From positions 25,554 to 89,553 of the forward strand of contig JAVBNR010000006.1 in assembly GCA_031551395.1 (NCBI GenBank): 64,000 nt of DNA, given 5' to 3'. The DNA is from Bacteroidales bacterium. GTDB lineage: Bacteria > Bacteroidota > Bacteroidia > Bacteroidales > Azobacteroidaceae. Below are positions 28,131 through 38,588 of this stretch, one piece after another. Position 1 is the stretch's first letter; each line of letters opens with the position of its first letter. The position numbers and the translations under genes are program-made. The notes beneath the pieces are model-generated. The model had not been told where the DNA came from, made no database searches, and was given only the letters and a program-made list of their open reading frames with translations.

Positions 28131-28919
28131 TTAATCTTCAAAGGTACATTTTTTATGAATACTATGGCTTATTAACCGGTATAATTCCTGTTTGTCAGCA
28201 TCTCCTGCTAATAATTTCAAGTGGTTATCAATGACATTCTGATCGTATCGGACAGCCGGACCGGTTTGGGCTTGATCGGGGTTCATCGTTTCTATTTTAG
28301 CTGCTGTTTCAAAGATAAGAGGTAAAAGGAATTTCCAGTCCAATTGTTGTTCTTTCAGGATATCAGAAGCCAGAGCGTACATGTGGTTACTAAAGTTACA
28401 GGCAAAGACAGCAGCCAGATGCAGGTATTTTCTCTTTTCCGAAGATAACACGGAGACCTGATCCGAAAGCGTTTCTGCCAATTGATACAATAGGTTCTCA
28501 TCCCCTTCATTATTCGCTTCTATAAAGATAGGAATATGATCGAAATCGACATTTTTATTTTTACTGAATGTTTGCAAAGGATACAATACTCCTCTACGTG
28601 GGGCGTAACCGGCCAAAACATCCATTGGAATACTTCCGGCCGTGTGCGCACACAATCCTCTCAGAGGAGGCATTTCTTTCAGTAATCCGGGTAATGCATC
28701 GTCTTTTATAGCGAAAATATAAACAGATGCATCCGGCCGGATTTCAGAAATCATGTGGGTATAAGCCGTGTTCAACTGGTGTCCTAATGCGGAAGCTGAT
28801 TCATGTGTCCGGCTATACACCTGAATCAGATTAAATCCTTTCTTTTGTAATGCAATTCCCAGCTGTGTAGCTAAGTTTCCTGCTCCGATTAAAACGATAT
28901 CAGGAAAGTTGGTTGTCAT
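28131..28919 (-). CDS. Rossmann-like plus DUF2520 protein (PanG-like reductase family)
   Basis: Start moved to 28919; [35 protein letters not shown]. Confidence 0.82.
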   Translation of the reverse strand: MTTNFPDIVLIGAGNLATQLGIALQKKGFNLIQVYSRTHESASALGHQLNTAYTHMISEIRPDASVYIFAIKDDALPGLLKEMPPLRGLCAHTAGSIPMDVLAGYAPRRGVLYPLQTFSKNKNVDFDHIPIFIEANNEGDENLLYQLAETLSDQVSVLSSEKRKYLHLAAVFACNFSNHMYALASDILKEQQLDWKFLLPLIFETAAKIETMNPDQAQTGPAVRYDQNVIDNHLKLLAGDADKQELYRLISHSIHKKCTFED

Positions 28920-29448
28920 AACGATAAGCTTCAAGATGGATTTTTTCCCATTCCAGTTTGTCTTCATCAAAAGGTTTTCCCGGTTTTTCTTTGCGGCCGA
29001 TGGAAATGATACATCCCACGCTCATCTGCATGGGGATGTTCAGTAAATCGCGAATATAATCTTCCGAGTCCTGACCGGCTTCGGTTTCTCTTCCTTTAAC
29101 CTGAATCCAGCAGCTGCCGAGACCAAGGTCTTCTGCCTGTAGTTGGATGTAAGTTGCTGCAATCGAAGCATCTTCAATATAGGCTGTGGATCGAAGCGGG
29201 TCGGCCAATACGACAATGGCCAGGGAGCAATCGGCGACAAAGGAGCATCCGCTGCTTTTACAGTATGAGAGTTTTTTTAATGTTTCTTTGTTTTCGACCA
29301 GTACGAACTGCCAGGGATTGCTGTGCTTGGATGACGGAGCCATCAGGGCTGCTTTTATGATCTGCTCTACTTCGTGCGGAAATAGAGGATCTTCGGTATA
29401 TTTACGGATACTTCTCCGGTTACTGATTAATTCTGCAAAACTGTTCAT
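28900..29448 (-). CDS. Nitroreductase family protein
   Basis: RRSIRKY, APSS.H..PW, DASIAA, GLGSCW. Confidence 0.92.
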   Translation of the reverse strand: MNSFAELISNRRSIRKYTEDPLFPHEVEQIIKAALMAPSSKHSNPWQFVLVENKETLKKLSYCKSSGCSFVADCSLAIVVLADPLRSTAYIEDASIAATYIQLQAEDLGLGSCWIQVKGRETEAGQDSEDYIRDLLNIPMQMSVGCIISIGRKEKPGKPFDEDKLEWEKIHLEAYRYDNQLS

Positions 29449-29455
29449 TTGTTTA

Positions 29456-30562
29456 CTATTTTTTTACTTCGACTCTTTTTGTTGCTTCCAGATGTTGGTT
29501 GCGATATTCTATCTGGTTAATTACATTTTCGGCTAATTGCATAAATGCTTTACCGGTAAGGCTTTCTTGATTCAGAGCGACGGGCTCTCCATTGTCTCCT
29601 CCTTCGCAAATACTCTGGACGATAGGTATTTGTCCCAGTAAAGGAACATTCATTTCCTCTGCCAGTTTTTTATAGCCATCTTTTCCGAAAATATAATATT
29701 TGTTTTCGGGCAATTCGGCGGGAGTAAACCAAGCCATGTTTTCTATTAAGCCCAGGACAGGAACATTTATTTTTTCTCCTGTAAACATGCTGATACCTTT
29801 ACGGGCATCTGCCAGAGCGACTTCCTGAGGAGTACTAACTACAATGGCCCCTGTGACGGCTAATGTTTGTACCAATGTCAGATGAATATCGCTTGTCCCG
29901 GGAGGCAAATCCAGAAGAAAATAATCCAACTCTCCCCAATGGGCGTCGGCAATCAATTGTTTCAGAGCATTACTGGCCATTGAACCCCTCCAGACCAATG
30001 CATCTTTTTTATCTACGAAAAAACCGATAGATAACAGGGATACTCCATATTTTTCAACAGGAATGATCAAATCTCTTCCTCCGATATTTTCCAGGTAAGG
30101 GCGAACTTCTTCTATGTCAAACATTTTAGGTATGGAAGGCCCGTATATGTCGGCATCTAATAATCCGACCTTATAGCCCAATTGAGCTAAAGCCACTGCT
30201 AAGTTTGAAGATATCGTACTTTTTCCTACGCCCCCTTTTCCGGAAGAAATAGCAATGATATTTTTTACCTGAGGCAATAATTTCTCCGGTTCCGGGCGTG
30301 CCAGTTGTCTGGCTTTTGCTTCGATATTTCCTTTGATGTCGACGTCTTCTCCGATGTATGTCAATATAGCTGTTTCTGCCGCTTTGATCACGGATTTGAT
30401 GAATGGGTCATTGGGTTTTTCAAATAAAATGGAAAAACTGACATGATTCCCGTTGATATGGATATCGTCTTCCACCATCCCCATTTCCACAATACTTTTG
30501 CCGGTACCCGGATAACGGACTTTTTCCAGCGCTTCGATAATTAATTTAGGATATAGTGTCAT
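29456..30562 (-). CDS. mrp: Mrp/NBP35 (ApbC) Fe-S carrier ATPase
   Basis: Start moved to 30562 (MTLYPKLI); [27 protein letters not shown]. Confidence 0.93.
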   Translation of the reverse strand: MTLYPKLIIEALEKVRYPGTGKSIVEMGMVEDDIHINGNHVSFSILFEKPNDPFIKSVIKAAETAILTYIGEDVDIKGNIEAKARQLARPEPEKLLPQVKNIIAISSGKGGVGKSTISSNLAVALAQLGYKVGLLDADIYGPSIPKMFDIEEVRPYLENIGGRDLIIPVEKYGVSLLSIGFFVDKKDALVWRGSMASNALKQLIADAHWGELDYFLLDLPPGTSDIHLTLVQTLAVTGAIVVSTPQEVALADARKGISMFTGEKINVPVLGLIENMAWFTPAELPENKYYIFGKDGYKKLAEEMNVPLLGQIPIVQSICEGGDNGEPVALNQESLTGKAFMQLAENVINQIEYRNQHLEATKRVEVKK

Positions 30563-31337
30563 AATTTTTGTTGTTAGTCCCAATTGCTTTATTGCTGTTA
30601 CTGCGTTTACTCCGGTTGAAGCTCCGGTAACTGTCCGGCTCAATTTCGACGTCCGGTTCCGTATAAGTTTCCCGCTGTTCGCAGATGAATTGGATGTATT
30701 TAATATTCAAACCCCTGCCGAGCCATTGTTGTTCATAGAATGTTTGTATGGATAAAATCTCATCGGCACAATGACTGTGATATAAATCATCTGTTTGTCT
30801 CAAAACCGGAAAATGGTTTGCCTTAACCATTTCACAAGTATAAGCGTACATAAAATGACTATCGGTTTTCAGATGGATGATTCCGCTATCCTTTAGGATT
30901 TGACGATAAAGCTTCATAAAACGGGTGGAAGTCATACGCTTATTTACTTTTTTCATTTGAGGATCAGGAAACGTAATCCAGATTTCGGAAATTTCATTGG
31001 GTCCGAAGAAAAAATGGATCAGCTCGATGTGGGTGCGCAAAAAAGCGACGTTATTCATCCCTGTTTGTATGGATTGCTTAGCTCCTGACCACATCCGGGC
31101 GCCTTTAATATCGATCCCGATAAAATTTTTATCAGGAAATAGTTTGCCCAGGCCAACCGTGTATTCTCCTTTGCCACAGCCTAATTCAAGTACAATAGGA
31201 TGGTCGTTTTTAAAAAAAAGTTCATTCCATCTTCCTTTCATTTCAAAACCTTTTTCCTGAAGTGCAGCAAAAGGATATTGAAATACATTCGGAAATCGCT
31301 CCATCTCTGTGAATTTCTGAATTTTATTTTTTCCCAC
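30546..31337 (-). CDS. trmB: tRNA (guanine-N7)-methyltransferase
   Basis: GTG start; [25 protein letters not shown]. Confidence 0.93.
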   Translation of the reverse strand: MGKNKIQKFTEMERFPNVFQYPFAALQEKGFEMKGRWNELFFKNDHPIVLELGCGKGEYTVGLGKLFPDKNFIGIDIKGARMWSGAKQSIQTGMNNVAFLRTHIELIHFFFGPNEISEIWITFPDPQMKKVNKRMTSTRFMKLYRQILKDSGIIHLKTDSHFMYAYTCEMVKANHFPVLRQTDDLYHSHCADEILSIQTFYEQQWLGRGLNIKYIQFICEQRETYTEPDVEIEPDSYRSFNRSKRSNSNKAIGTNNKNYDTIS

Positions 31338-31361
31338 TTTTATTATCTTTTTTTTAGATTA

Positions 31362-31398
31362 CAAAGATATATAATGTCTCTGTTAATACATACTTTTG
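31362..31398. promoter_or_regulatory. Divergent -7 boxes (trmB on minus, hypothetical pair on plus)
   Basis: TATCTTTG (minus, 31362-31369) and TACTTTTG (plus, 31391-31398). Confidence 0.6.
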
Positions 31399-31425
31399 TG
31401 CACGAACATTTTTATAACTTAATAT

Positions 31426-31956
31426 ATGGATTCGGTAACTCAAAAGAGAATATACTTTGTTGTTAATGCTGTTTTGTTCTCTACATTTTTTGCAAGCGCT
31501 CAGGATTATGATTTCCAGAAAGCGATTATAAAAGAATCAATGAGTCCGAAAATGTTGTTGAAACCGGAAAATACTTTGCCATATAAACCTTTTATGGAGG
31601 AATCATCGAAGGAAAAAAAAGATCCGAAAAAGTACATTAATTTAAGAGCGACTTATAATTACAGGCTCGATTCTTTAATTCAGGCATCTCTTCTGGAAGA
31701 TTCTTTTCCTAAAAGTAAAATATCTCCTTATTTAACAGCTCCTTATACTAATTTTGAATTGGATAAAAAAGAAGCCTATAAATTTTCATATGAAGATTGG
31801 GAGGCTACTTCCATTGTTTCGGAATTGCATAAAAACAGTGCTGCAAGGAGTTCCGGCTCTGGTGTCGATTTCTTCTCAAAAGAAAACTGGCGGAGTACGA
31901 AGCGCAAAAAAGAAGCATTGAAAAGAATCAAAAAGGCATATAATATGAAAGAATAG
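31426..31956 (+). CDS. Hypothetical exported protein (paralog 1)
   Basis: 176 aa, signal-peptide-like N-terminus ending ASA-QD; shares motifs with the next ORF. Confidence 0.8.
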   Translation: MDSVTQKRIYFVVNAVLFSTFFASAQDYDFQKAIIKESMSPKMLLKPENTLPYKPFMEESSKEKKDPKKYINLRATYNYRLDSLIQASLLEDSFPKSKISPYLTAPYTNFELDKKEAYKFSYEDWEATSIVSELHKNSAARSSGSGVDFFSKENWRSTKRKKEALKRIKKAYNMKE

Positions 31957-31966
31957 AACATCGCTT

Positions 31967-32458
31967 ATGGAATCAAATGTTCGGAAAAGCATACTCTTTA
32001 TAATTAATCTGTTTCTGTCGACTTTTTTTGTGGTTGCCCAGGATCGCGATTTTCATAAAGATATTATTAAGGAATCGATGAATCCTAAAATAATGTTGAG
32101 AGCGAATGATTCGTTATTATTTATGAAACCACGATTAGATCCTTTGAAGATAAAAACGGATGTAAATAAAAGTATCATTTTGAAAGCGGGGTATAATTAT
32201 CGCTTGGATTCTTTGTATCGTCAGCTTGTATCTGAAGAGGAACCGGCTCCTGTGTTATCTCCTTATTTGACAGCTCCCTATACGAATATGGAAAAACGCT
32301 TTCTTGAAAATATCAGGCCGGAAGAATTGGGATTTAATATGTTTGGAGTTATTTATTATTTACAAAAAATATTACCGTCTGATGATCCCGTAAAGCCCAG
32401 ACTGTCAAAGAAACAAAAAGCTTTGAAAAGAATTAAGAATGTATACAATATGGATTAA
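31967..32458 (+). CDS. Hypothetical exported protein (paralog 2)
   Basis: 163 aa, signal ending VVA-QD; shares IIKESM.PK, YNYRLDSL, SPYLTAPYTN and ALKRIK..YNM with paralog 1. Confidence 0.8.
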   Translation: MESNVRKSILFIINLFLSTFFVVAQDRDFHKDIIKESMNPKIMLRANDSLLFMKPRLDPLKIKTDVNKSIILKAGYNYRLDSLYRQLVSEEEPAPVLSPYLTAPYTNMEKRFLENIRPEELGFNMFGVIYYLQKILPSDDPVKPRLSKKQKALKRIKNVYNMD

Positions 32459-32513
32459 CTTGTTAATATATGTTAAACGATGTACTATGTAATACAAGGT
32501 ACTGAAATATTTT

Positions 32514-32546
32514 TACCTTTGTAACCAAATATAATAAATGTACGTC
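32514..32546 (+). promoter_or_regulatory. Overlapping -7 box and ECF-like promoter upstream of the efflux operon
   Basis: TACCTTTG at 32514-32521 and TGTAAC-N17-CGTC at 32520-32546. Confidence 0.5.
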
Positions 32547-32601
32547 TAATAAGTTATATAATTGATAGAAATTCGTTATAAGATTAAATAAACTAAGATA
32601 C

Positions 32602-33303
32602 ATGATTACACTAAAGAATATTCATAAGACATATAATAATGGGGCTCCGCTTCATGTGTTGAAAGGTATTGATCTTGAAATTGAGAAAGGCGAGATGGTT
32701 TCTATCATGGGAGCCTCCGGTTCGGGAAAATCGACCCTTTTGAATATATTAGGAGTATTGGATACTTATGATGAAGGACAATATTATTTGAATAATCTGC
32801 TTATCAGTGATTTAAAAGAGTCGAAAGCTGCTGAAATCCGGAATAAGATGATTGGATTTATTTTTCAATCATTCAACTTGATAACCTTTAAAAATGCAAT
32901 GGAAAATGTGGCATTGCCTTTATACTACCAGGGGATAAGCAGGAAGAAAAGGAATAATATGGCTTTGGAGTATCTGGATCGTTTAGGGTTGAAAGATTGG
33001 TGGGATCACATGCCGAATGAACTTTCCGGAGGGCAAAAACAAAGAGTTGCCATTGCCCGGGCTTTAATTTCCCAACCTCAGGTTATTTTGGCTGATGAGC
33101 CTACCGGAGCTTTGGATAGTGTCACTTCTGAAGAGGTCATGCAAATTTTAAGGGAAGTCAATAAGACAGGAATGACAATGATTATTGTAACTCATGAACG
33201 CTTTGTTGCTGAATCTACAAATAAAATCATCCATATAAAAGACGGGATCATTGAGTCGACTGAAATCGTAGGCGTTGTCGTCCCTGAATTGGAAATGGAA
33301 TAA
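32602..33303 (+). CDS. ABC transporter ATP-binding protein (MacB/LolD-type)
   Basis: GASGSGKST, LSGGQKQRVAIARAL, LADEPTGALD, VTHE. Confidence 0.95.
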   Translation: MITLKNIHKTYNNGAPLHVLKGIDLEIEKGEMVSIMGASGSGKSTLLNILGVLDTYDEGQYYLNNLLISDLKESKAAEIRNKMIGFIFQSFNLITFKNAMENVALPLYYQGISRKKRNNMALEYLDRLGLKDWWDHMPNELSGGQKQRVAIARALISQPQVILADEPTGALDSVTSEEVMQILREVNKTGMTMIIVTHERFVAESTNKIIHIKDGIIESTEIVGVVVPELEME

Positions 33304-33320
33304 ATTTTAATTTAAAAAAG

Positions 33321-34571
33321 ATGTTTGACCTCGATAATTGGATGGAGATTTTCAGTACCATCAAAAAGAATAAGCTACGTACATTTTTAACCGGCTTCTC
33401 GGTGGCTTGGGGGATCTTCATGCTGATCATTCTTCTTGCTTCAGGAAATGGACTGAAGAATGGGGTTACCAGTAACTTTGGAGATCGTGCCAAAAACAGT
33501 ATGGAAATATGGACTCGCCGGACTTCCATGCCTTATAAGGGAAATCCCAAAGATCGCCGCATTACTCTTGACGAAAAAGATTTTGATTTGATTTCAAAAC
33601 TCGATGAAGTCGATCATATTTCGGCATCTGTTAATTTTAGTGCAATTGCCAGTTATAATTTCGAGTCGAATGACTGTAGTTTTACTGGGGTATATCCGTC
33701 ACAGGCTCAAATAGATGGAATAAAAATCGTTGACAATAAAGGCCGCTTTCTTAATGATATAGATATGAAAGAGCGGCGCAAAGTGGCCGTAATCAATAAA
33801 CGTTTGCGTGATGTCTTGTTCAAAAAAGAAGATCCGGTTGGGAAATCGATTGTCGCTAATCAATTGAATTTTACAGTTATTGGTGTTTATGAGTCAGAAG
33901 ACTGGGGCAATCAATGCCAGGCGTATGTCCCGTTTTCGACAGCCCAATTACTTTTCAATCAAGGCTGGGGAATAGGGAGTATCTCTTTGACAGTCGAAGG
34001 ATTGAATTCCGTCGAAGCGAATAAAGCTTTTGAACAGGAACTACGTACGAAATTAGCGAGACTGCATCAGTTTGATCCGGAAGATACAAGAGCGGTTGGA
34101 ATTTGGAATATGTTGGAAAATTACCTGCAAACAATGGGTATTTTCAACGGAATCAATCTTTTCGTTTTAGTCATTGGTATCGGGACTTTAATCGCCGGAA
34201 TAGTAGGCGTGAGTAATATCATGTTGATAACAGTCAGGGAGCGCACACGGGAATTTGGAATTCGTAAGGCGCTAGGGGCCAGTCCGTACTCAATTCTTCG
34301 CTCGATTTTAATGGAGTCTGTTTTTATTACTTCTATATTTGGCTATGTCGGGATGGTTTTGGGTATTGGTCTGAGTGAAGCTATCAATCTGGCCATGGAA
34401 GCTGCCAGTGAGGTCAGTTCCGGACCGTCGGTATTTAAGAACCCGACAGTGAGTATCTCCATTGCTTTAGGAGCTACAGCGCTTATGGTTATTGCCGGTG
34501 TTATCGCCGGATATTTTCCTGCCCGTAAGGCCGTGAAAATTACAGCAGTAGAAGCAATGAGAGCTGAATAA
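33321..34571 (+). CDS. ABC permease, MacB/FtsX type (1)
   Basis: N-terminal TM, large periplasmic domain, GVSNIML.TVRERTREFGIRKALGA. Confidence 0.93.
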   Translation: MFDLDNWMEIFSTIKKNKLRTFLTGFSVAWGIFMLIILLASGNGLKNGVTSNFGDRAKNSMEIWTRRTSMPYKGNPKDRRITLDEKDFDLISKLDEVDHISASVNFSAIASYNFESNDCSFTGVYPSQAQIDGIKIVDNKGRFLNDIDMKERRKVAVINKRLRDVLFKKEDPVGKSIVANQLNFTVIGVYESEDWGNQCQAYVPFSTAQLLFNQGWGIGSISLTVEGLNSVEANKAFEQELRTKLARLHQFDPEDTRAVGIWNMLENYLQTMGIFNGINLFVLVIGIGTLIAGIVGVSNIMLITVRERTREFGIRKALGASPYSILRSILMESVFITSIFGYVGMVLGIGLSEAINLAMEAASEVSSGPSVFKNPTVSISIALGATALMVIAGVIAGYFPARKAVKITAVEAMRAE

Positions 34572-34603
34572 AATGAAAACAATCATTTTTAATTGATTAT
34601 AAA

Positions 34604-35866
34604 ATGTTTGATTTAGATCGATTTCAGGAAATATGGGTAACGATTACCCGCAATAAAGTCAGAAGTCTTCTTACTGGTTTCGGCGTTTTTTGGGGCATAT
34701 TTATGTTGGTAATTATGCTGGGAGCCGGACAAGGGTTGGAGCGTGGAATCATGAAGCAAATCGATGGATTTTCCACAAACTCCTGTTTTATTTGGAGCGC
34801 TCAAACCAGTGAACCTTATAAGGGATTTAAAAAAGGCCGGAGCTGGGATATCCGCAACCGGGATATTCTCGCTGCAAAGAAAAATATTCCTGAGATTGAA
34901 GTTATAACTCCGATGATTTGGGGAAACAGAGCACCTAATAATGTGGTAAGGAACGATCGGGCAGGTAGCTACACTGTCAGGGGATTATATCCTGATTATT
35001 CCAAGGTGGAAATGCAACGCCTGAAGTACGGTCGCTTCATCAATGACTTGGACGTTATTAACAAGCGAAAAGTTTGTGTCATAGGAACAAATGTTTATGA
35101 CGAGTTGTTCAAAAGAGATGAAAATCCGTTGGGTCATTACATCCGGGTCAATGGAATCTACTATCAGGTTATTGGTGTGGCGACAGGAGTCTCCAATTTG
35201 AATATGTTCGGACGTCCGTCGGAGCAGGTTATTTTGCCTTTTACAACATTGCAACAGATTATTAATCAGGGAGATGTTGTGCATTTTGTGACTGCAGTCG
35301 CTAAAAAAGGATATGAAGCCGGTTTCATCGAAGAAAGAATTAAAGAAGTCTTCAGAGCTCAAAATAGTATTTCTCCAACGGATTTGCAAGCAGTAGGGTC
35401 CTTTAACCTGGCGAAGCAATTCAATATGTTTTCGGCTCTATTCCTGGGTATAAGGGCTTTAATCTGGATTGTGGGCCTGGGGACATTGTTTGCCGGAGTC
35501 GTTGGCGTCAGTAATATTATGCTTGTTACAGTCAGGGAGCGCACTCGTGAAATTGGAGTAAGACGTGCTTTGGGAGCTAAACCCCGGATTATTCTGAATC
35601 AGATCATGATGGAAAGTCTGGTATTGACTACCATTGCCGGAGTGCTGGGCTTATGTTTGGGAGTTGGCATTATGGCTGCTATAAACGCTGCCATCTTATC
35701 AAATGCCCCGGATCCGGGAGATGCCTTTTTCTCAGATGCTATTGTCCCGTTCAGCGCTGCCGTATCATCCATGATTGTGTTATTATTTTGCGGTTTGGTT
35801 GCCGGAGCAATTCCTGCATGGAGAGCTTTACAAATCAAGGCTATTGATGCTATCAGGGAAGAATGA
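34604..35866 (+). CDS. ABC permease, MacB/FtsX type (2)
   Basis: Paralog of the preceding gene; GVSNIML.TVRERTREIGVRRALGA. Confidence 0.93.
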   Translation: MFDLDRFQEIWVTITRNKVRSLLTGFGVFWGIFMLVIMLGAGQGLERGIMKQIDGFSTNSCFIWSAQTSEPYKGFKKGRSWDIRNRDILAAKKNIPEIEVITPMIWGNRAPNNVVRNDRAGSYTVRGLYPDYSKVEMQRLKYGRFINDLDVINKRKVCVIGTNVYDELFKRDENPLGHYIRVNGIYYQVIGVATGVSNLNMFGRPSEQVILPFTTLQQIINQGDVVHFVTAVAKKGYEAGFIEERIKEVFRAQNSISPTDLQAVGSFNLAKQFNMFSALFLGIRALIWIVGLGTLFAGVVGVSNIMLVTVRERTREIGVRRALGAKPRIILNQIMMESLVLTTIAGVLGLCLGVGIMAAINAAILSNAPDPGDAFFSDAIVPFSAAVSSMIVLLFCGLVAGAIPAWRALQIKAIDAIREE

Positions 35867-35955
35867 TCGGGTTTGAATTGGTTGATTGTCAATGCGATAA
35901 TTGCGATTTAAAACTGTGATATGATTGAAAAACATAACTAAAAAACATAAATATT

Positions 35956-37086
35956 ATGAAGAAAATAGGTAGAATTATTCTTTTCGTTATCATCGGATTG
36001 ATGGTACTCGGAACTTTCGTATTCCTATGGAAAAAATCCCGACCGGTCATAACGGAATATGAAATTGTTAAACCGGAAAAAGGAACAATTGAAAATAAGA
36101 CAGTTGCTACCGGAAAGGTAGAACCACGGGATGAAATCCTTATTAAACCTCAAATTTCAGGAATCGTATCTGAAGTCTTGAAAGAGGCAGGCCAGACGGT
36201 TAAAGCCGGAGAGGTAATTGCCAAAGTGAAGGTTATTCCTGAGATGGGACAATTGAATTCTGCCGAATCACGATTGAGAGTTGCTGATATTAACCTCGAA
36301 CAAGCCCAATTGGAGTACGACCGCCAAACAAAACTTTATAAGAGCGGTGTTATTTCCAAGGGAGAATATGAAACCGCAGAAAGTAATTATAAAAAAGCCC
36401 AGGAAGAACGGGAAAATGCTCAGGATGCCTTGGATATTATCAAAGATGGTATCTCAAAGAAGTTTGCTCAAATCAGTAATACCCAGATCCGGTCTACAAT
36501 TACCGGAATGATACTGGATGTCCCGATCAAAGCAGGAAACTCTGTTATTCAGGCGAATACATTCAATGACGGAACGACTATCGCTTCCGTTGCAGATATG
36601 GGCGATATGATTTTCCGTGGAAAAATCGATGAAACGGAAATCGGACGGGTAAAAGAAGGAATGCCGATTACGCTCACAGTCGGAGCGCTTAACAGCGAAA
36701 AATTTCCGGCCGTGTTGGAATATATTTCCCCGAAAGGAGTGGAAGAAAATGGAGCTGTTCTTTTTGAACTCAAGGCGGCTGCAAAAATTCCTGAAGGTTC
36801 GAATATTCGCGCCGGATACAGTGCAAATGCAGAGATTGTTCTTGCTAAAGCGGATAGCGTTATTACAATTCCGGAAAGTTCAGTTGAATTTTCAAATGAT
36901 TCGGCATTTGTTTATATCGTGAAAATAGAAAAACCGAAACAGGAATTTGAAAAGAAACATGTGGAGACCGGCCTCTCCGATGGTATAAAAATTGAAGTTA
37001 AAAAAGGTCTTACTTATAAAGATAAAATCAGAGGTGGGGTAATCGATCCGAAAGCGAAAAAGAAAGAAGAAGTAGCGAAAAAATAA
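35956..37086 (+). CDS. Efflux RND-type periplasmic adaptor (MacA-like)
   Basis: N-terminal anchor, biotinyl-lipoyl-like halves (IKPQISG, IRSTITG), coiled-coil hairpin, GYSANAEI. Confidence 0.92.
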   Translation: MKKIGRIILFVIIGLMVLGTFVFLWKKSRPVITEYEIVKPEKGTIENKTVATGKVEPRDEILIKPQISGIVSEVLKEAGQTVKAGEVIAKVKVIPEMGQLNSAESRLRVADINLEQAQLEYDRQTKLYKSGVISKGEYETAESNYKKAQEERENAQDALDIIKDGISKKFAQISNTQIRSTITGMILDVPIKAGNSVIQANTFNDGTTIASVADMGDMIFRGKIDETEIGRVKEGMPITLTVGALNSEKFPAVLEYISPKGVEENGAVLFELKAAAKIPEGSNIRAGYSANAEIVLAKADSVITIPESSVEFSNDSAFVYIVKIEKPKQEFEKKHVETGLSDGIKIEVKKGLTYKDKIRGGVIDPKAKKKEEVAKK

Positions 37087-37118
37087 TTTTACGGTCTTAC
37101 GGTTTAATTTATACACTT

Positions 37119-38513
37119 ATGAAGAAAATAATTTTATCTCTTAGTTTTTACTTTGTGTTTTGTGGTATTTATGCCCAAAACAACACACAGCAGATGAGAC
37201 CCTGGAACCTGGAACAATGTATCCAATACGCGATTGACAACAATATATCAATCAAACAGTTGCAGCTGCAACAAGAAGATGCGAAAGTCAGGGTAAACAC
37301 AGCGCAGATGAGCCGGTTACCAAATCTGAATGCCAATGTCGGACAAAGCTGGAGCTTTGGCCGTGGACAAATTTCCAGCGGACTTTACGGCAACCAGACC
37401 CTGTCTAACACCAACCTGGGGATATCCACCTCCACACCTCTGTTTACCGGGTTTGAGATTCCGAACCAGATAGCCAAAAGCAAGCTCGACCTGCAAGCGG
37501 CCACCCAACAACTGGCGAAAGCCAAAGAAGACCTGGCATTGAATATTGCATCTTTGTATTTGCAGGTCTTGTTTAACAAAGAAATCCTGAAAGTCAACGA
37601 AGAACAATTGATCTTGTCCAAATTTCAGGTAGAGCGTACCAAGACATTGGTCGACGTAGGTAAAGTTCCTAATTCCCAGCTGTTTGATATTGAAGCTCAG
37701 GTTGCTAAAGATGAAGTATCTGTGATTCAGGCTAAAAACACACTTGAACTTTCGCTGCTGGACCTGGCACAAAGCTTGGAACTGGAACATGCCCGTGTTT
37801 TCGAGATCGAAACGCCGGTCATCGAGAATGTCGTGGAAGAGTACATGAGCAGCGTTTTACCTCCGGATGTTATTTATAGCAATGCCTTGAATATTAAGCC
37901 GATGATCAAAGAACAGGAGTACCGTTTGGAGAGTTCGAAAAAATCATTGAAAATCGCCCAATCGGGTTATTATCCGACTTTGGGATTAAGCATGTCTTAT
38001 GGCAACAGTTATTTTTACAACCATACGCTGGAAGGTAAAGTAATTGAAAGTCAGGCTGATCCTTCTCAAAGCTACACGTTTCACAACGAATCGCTCTCAA
38101 GCCAGCTTAAGGATAATTCCGGAGAAAGTATCGGACTGACCCTGAGTATTCCTATTTTCAACCGGTTTCAGGTACGTAACCAGGTTCGTTCCGCCCGGAT
38201 AGGGATTCAGAACCAGCAGTTGGTCTTAGACAACACGAAGAAAACACTATACAAAGAGATTCAGACGGCTTTCCTGAATGCGACGGCGGCTCAGGAAAAA
38301 TACCGTTCCTCAGCCCGTGCAGTTCTGGCCTCGGCCGAATCATTCAAATATGTTCAGGAACGTTATGAAATCGGTAAATCGACAGTGTTTGAGTTCAATG
38401 AAGCAAAAACCAAACTGGTTCAAAGCCAATCGGAACAGATCCAGGCCAAATACGACTATATTTTCAGAACGAAAATCCTTGATTTTTACAACGGAATACC
38501 GATCAAATTATAA
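37119..38513 (+). CDS. TolC family outer-membrane efflux protein
   Basis: Signal peptide, W.LEQCI.YA, YYPTL, LSIPIFNRF, ERYEIG; last gene of the efflux operon. Confidence 0.93.
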   Translation: MKKIILSLSFYFVFCGIYAQNNTQQMRPWNLEQCIQYAIDNNISIKQLQLQQEDAKVRVNTAQMSRLPNLNANVGQSWSFGRGQISSGLYGNQTLSNTNLGISTSTPLFTGFEIPNQIAKSKLDLQAATQQLAKAKEDLALNIASLYLQVLFNKEILKVNEEQLILSKFQVERTKTLVDVGKVPNSQLFDIEAQVAKDEVSVIQAKNTLELSLLDLAQSLELEHARVFEIETPVIENVVEEYMSSVLPPDVIYSNALNIKPMIKEQEYRLESSKKSLKIAQSGYYPTLGLSMSYGNSYFYNHTLEGKVIESQADPSQSYTFHNESLSSQLKDNSGESIGLTLSIPIFNRFQVRNQVRSARIGIQNQQLVLDNTKKTLYKEIQTAFLNATAAQEKYRSSARAVLASAESFKYVQERYEIGKSTVFEFNEAKTKLVQSQSEQIQAKYDYIFRTKILDFYNGIPIKL

Positions 38514-38523
38514 ATCAATGATT

Positions 38524-38579
38524 TATAAAAAAACGAACGGCGAATAAATTCATTTTTATTCGCCGTTCGTTTTTTTATA
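38524..38579. terminator. Bidirectional terminator between TolC and prs
   Basis: 25-bp perfect inverted repeat (TATAAAAAAACGAACGGCGAATAAA / complement) with a 6-nt loop and T-tracts in both directions. Confidence 0.9.
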
Positions 38580-38588
38580 TCATTTTAT

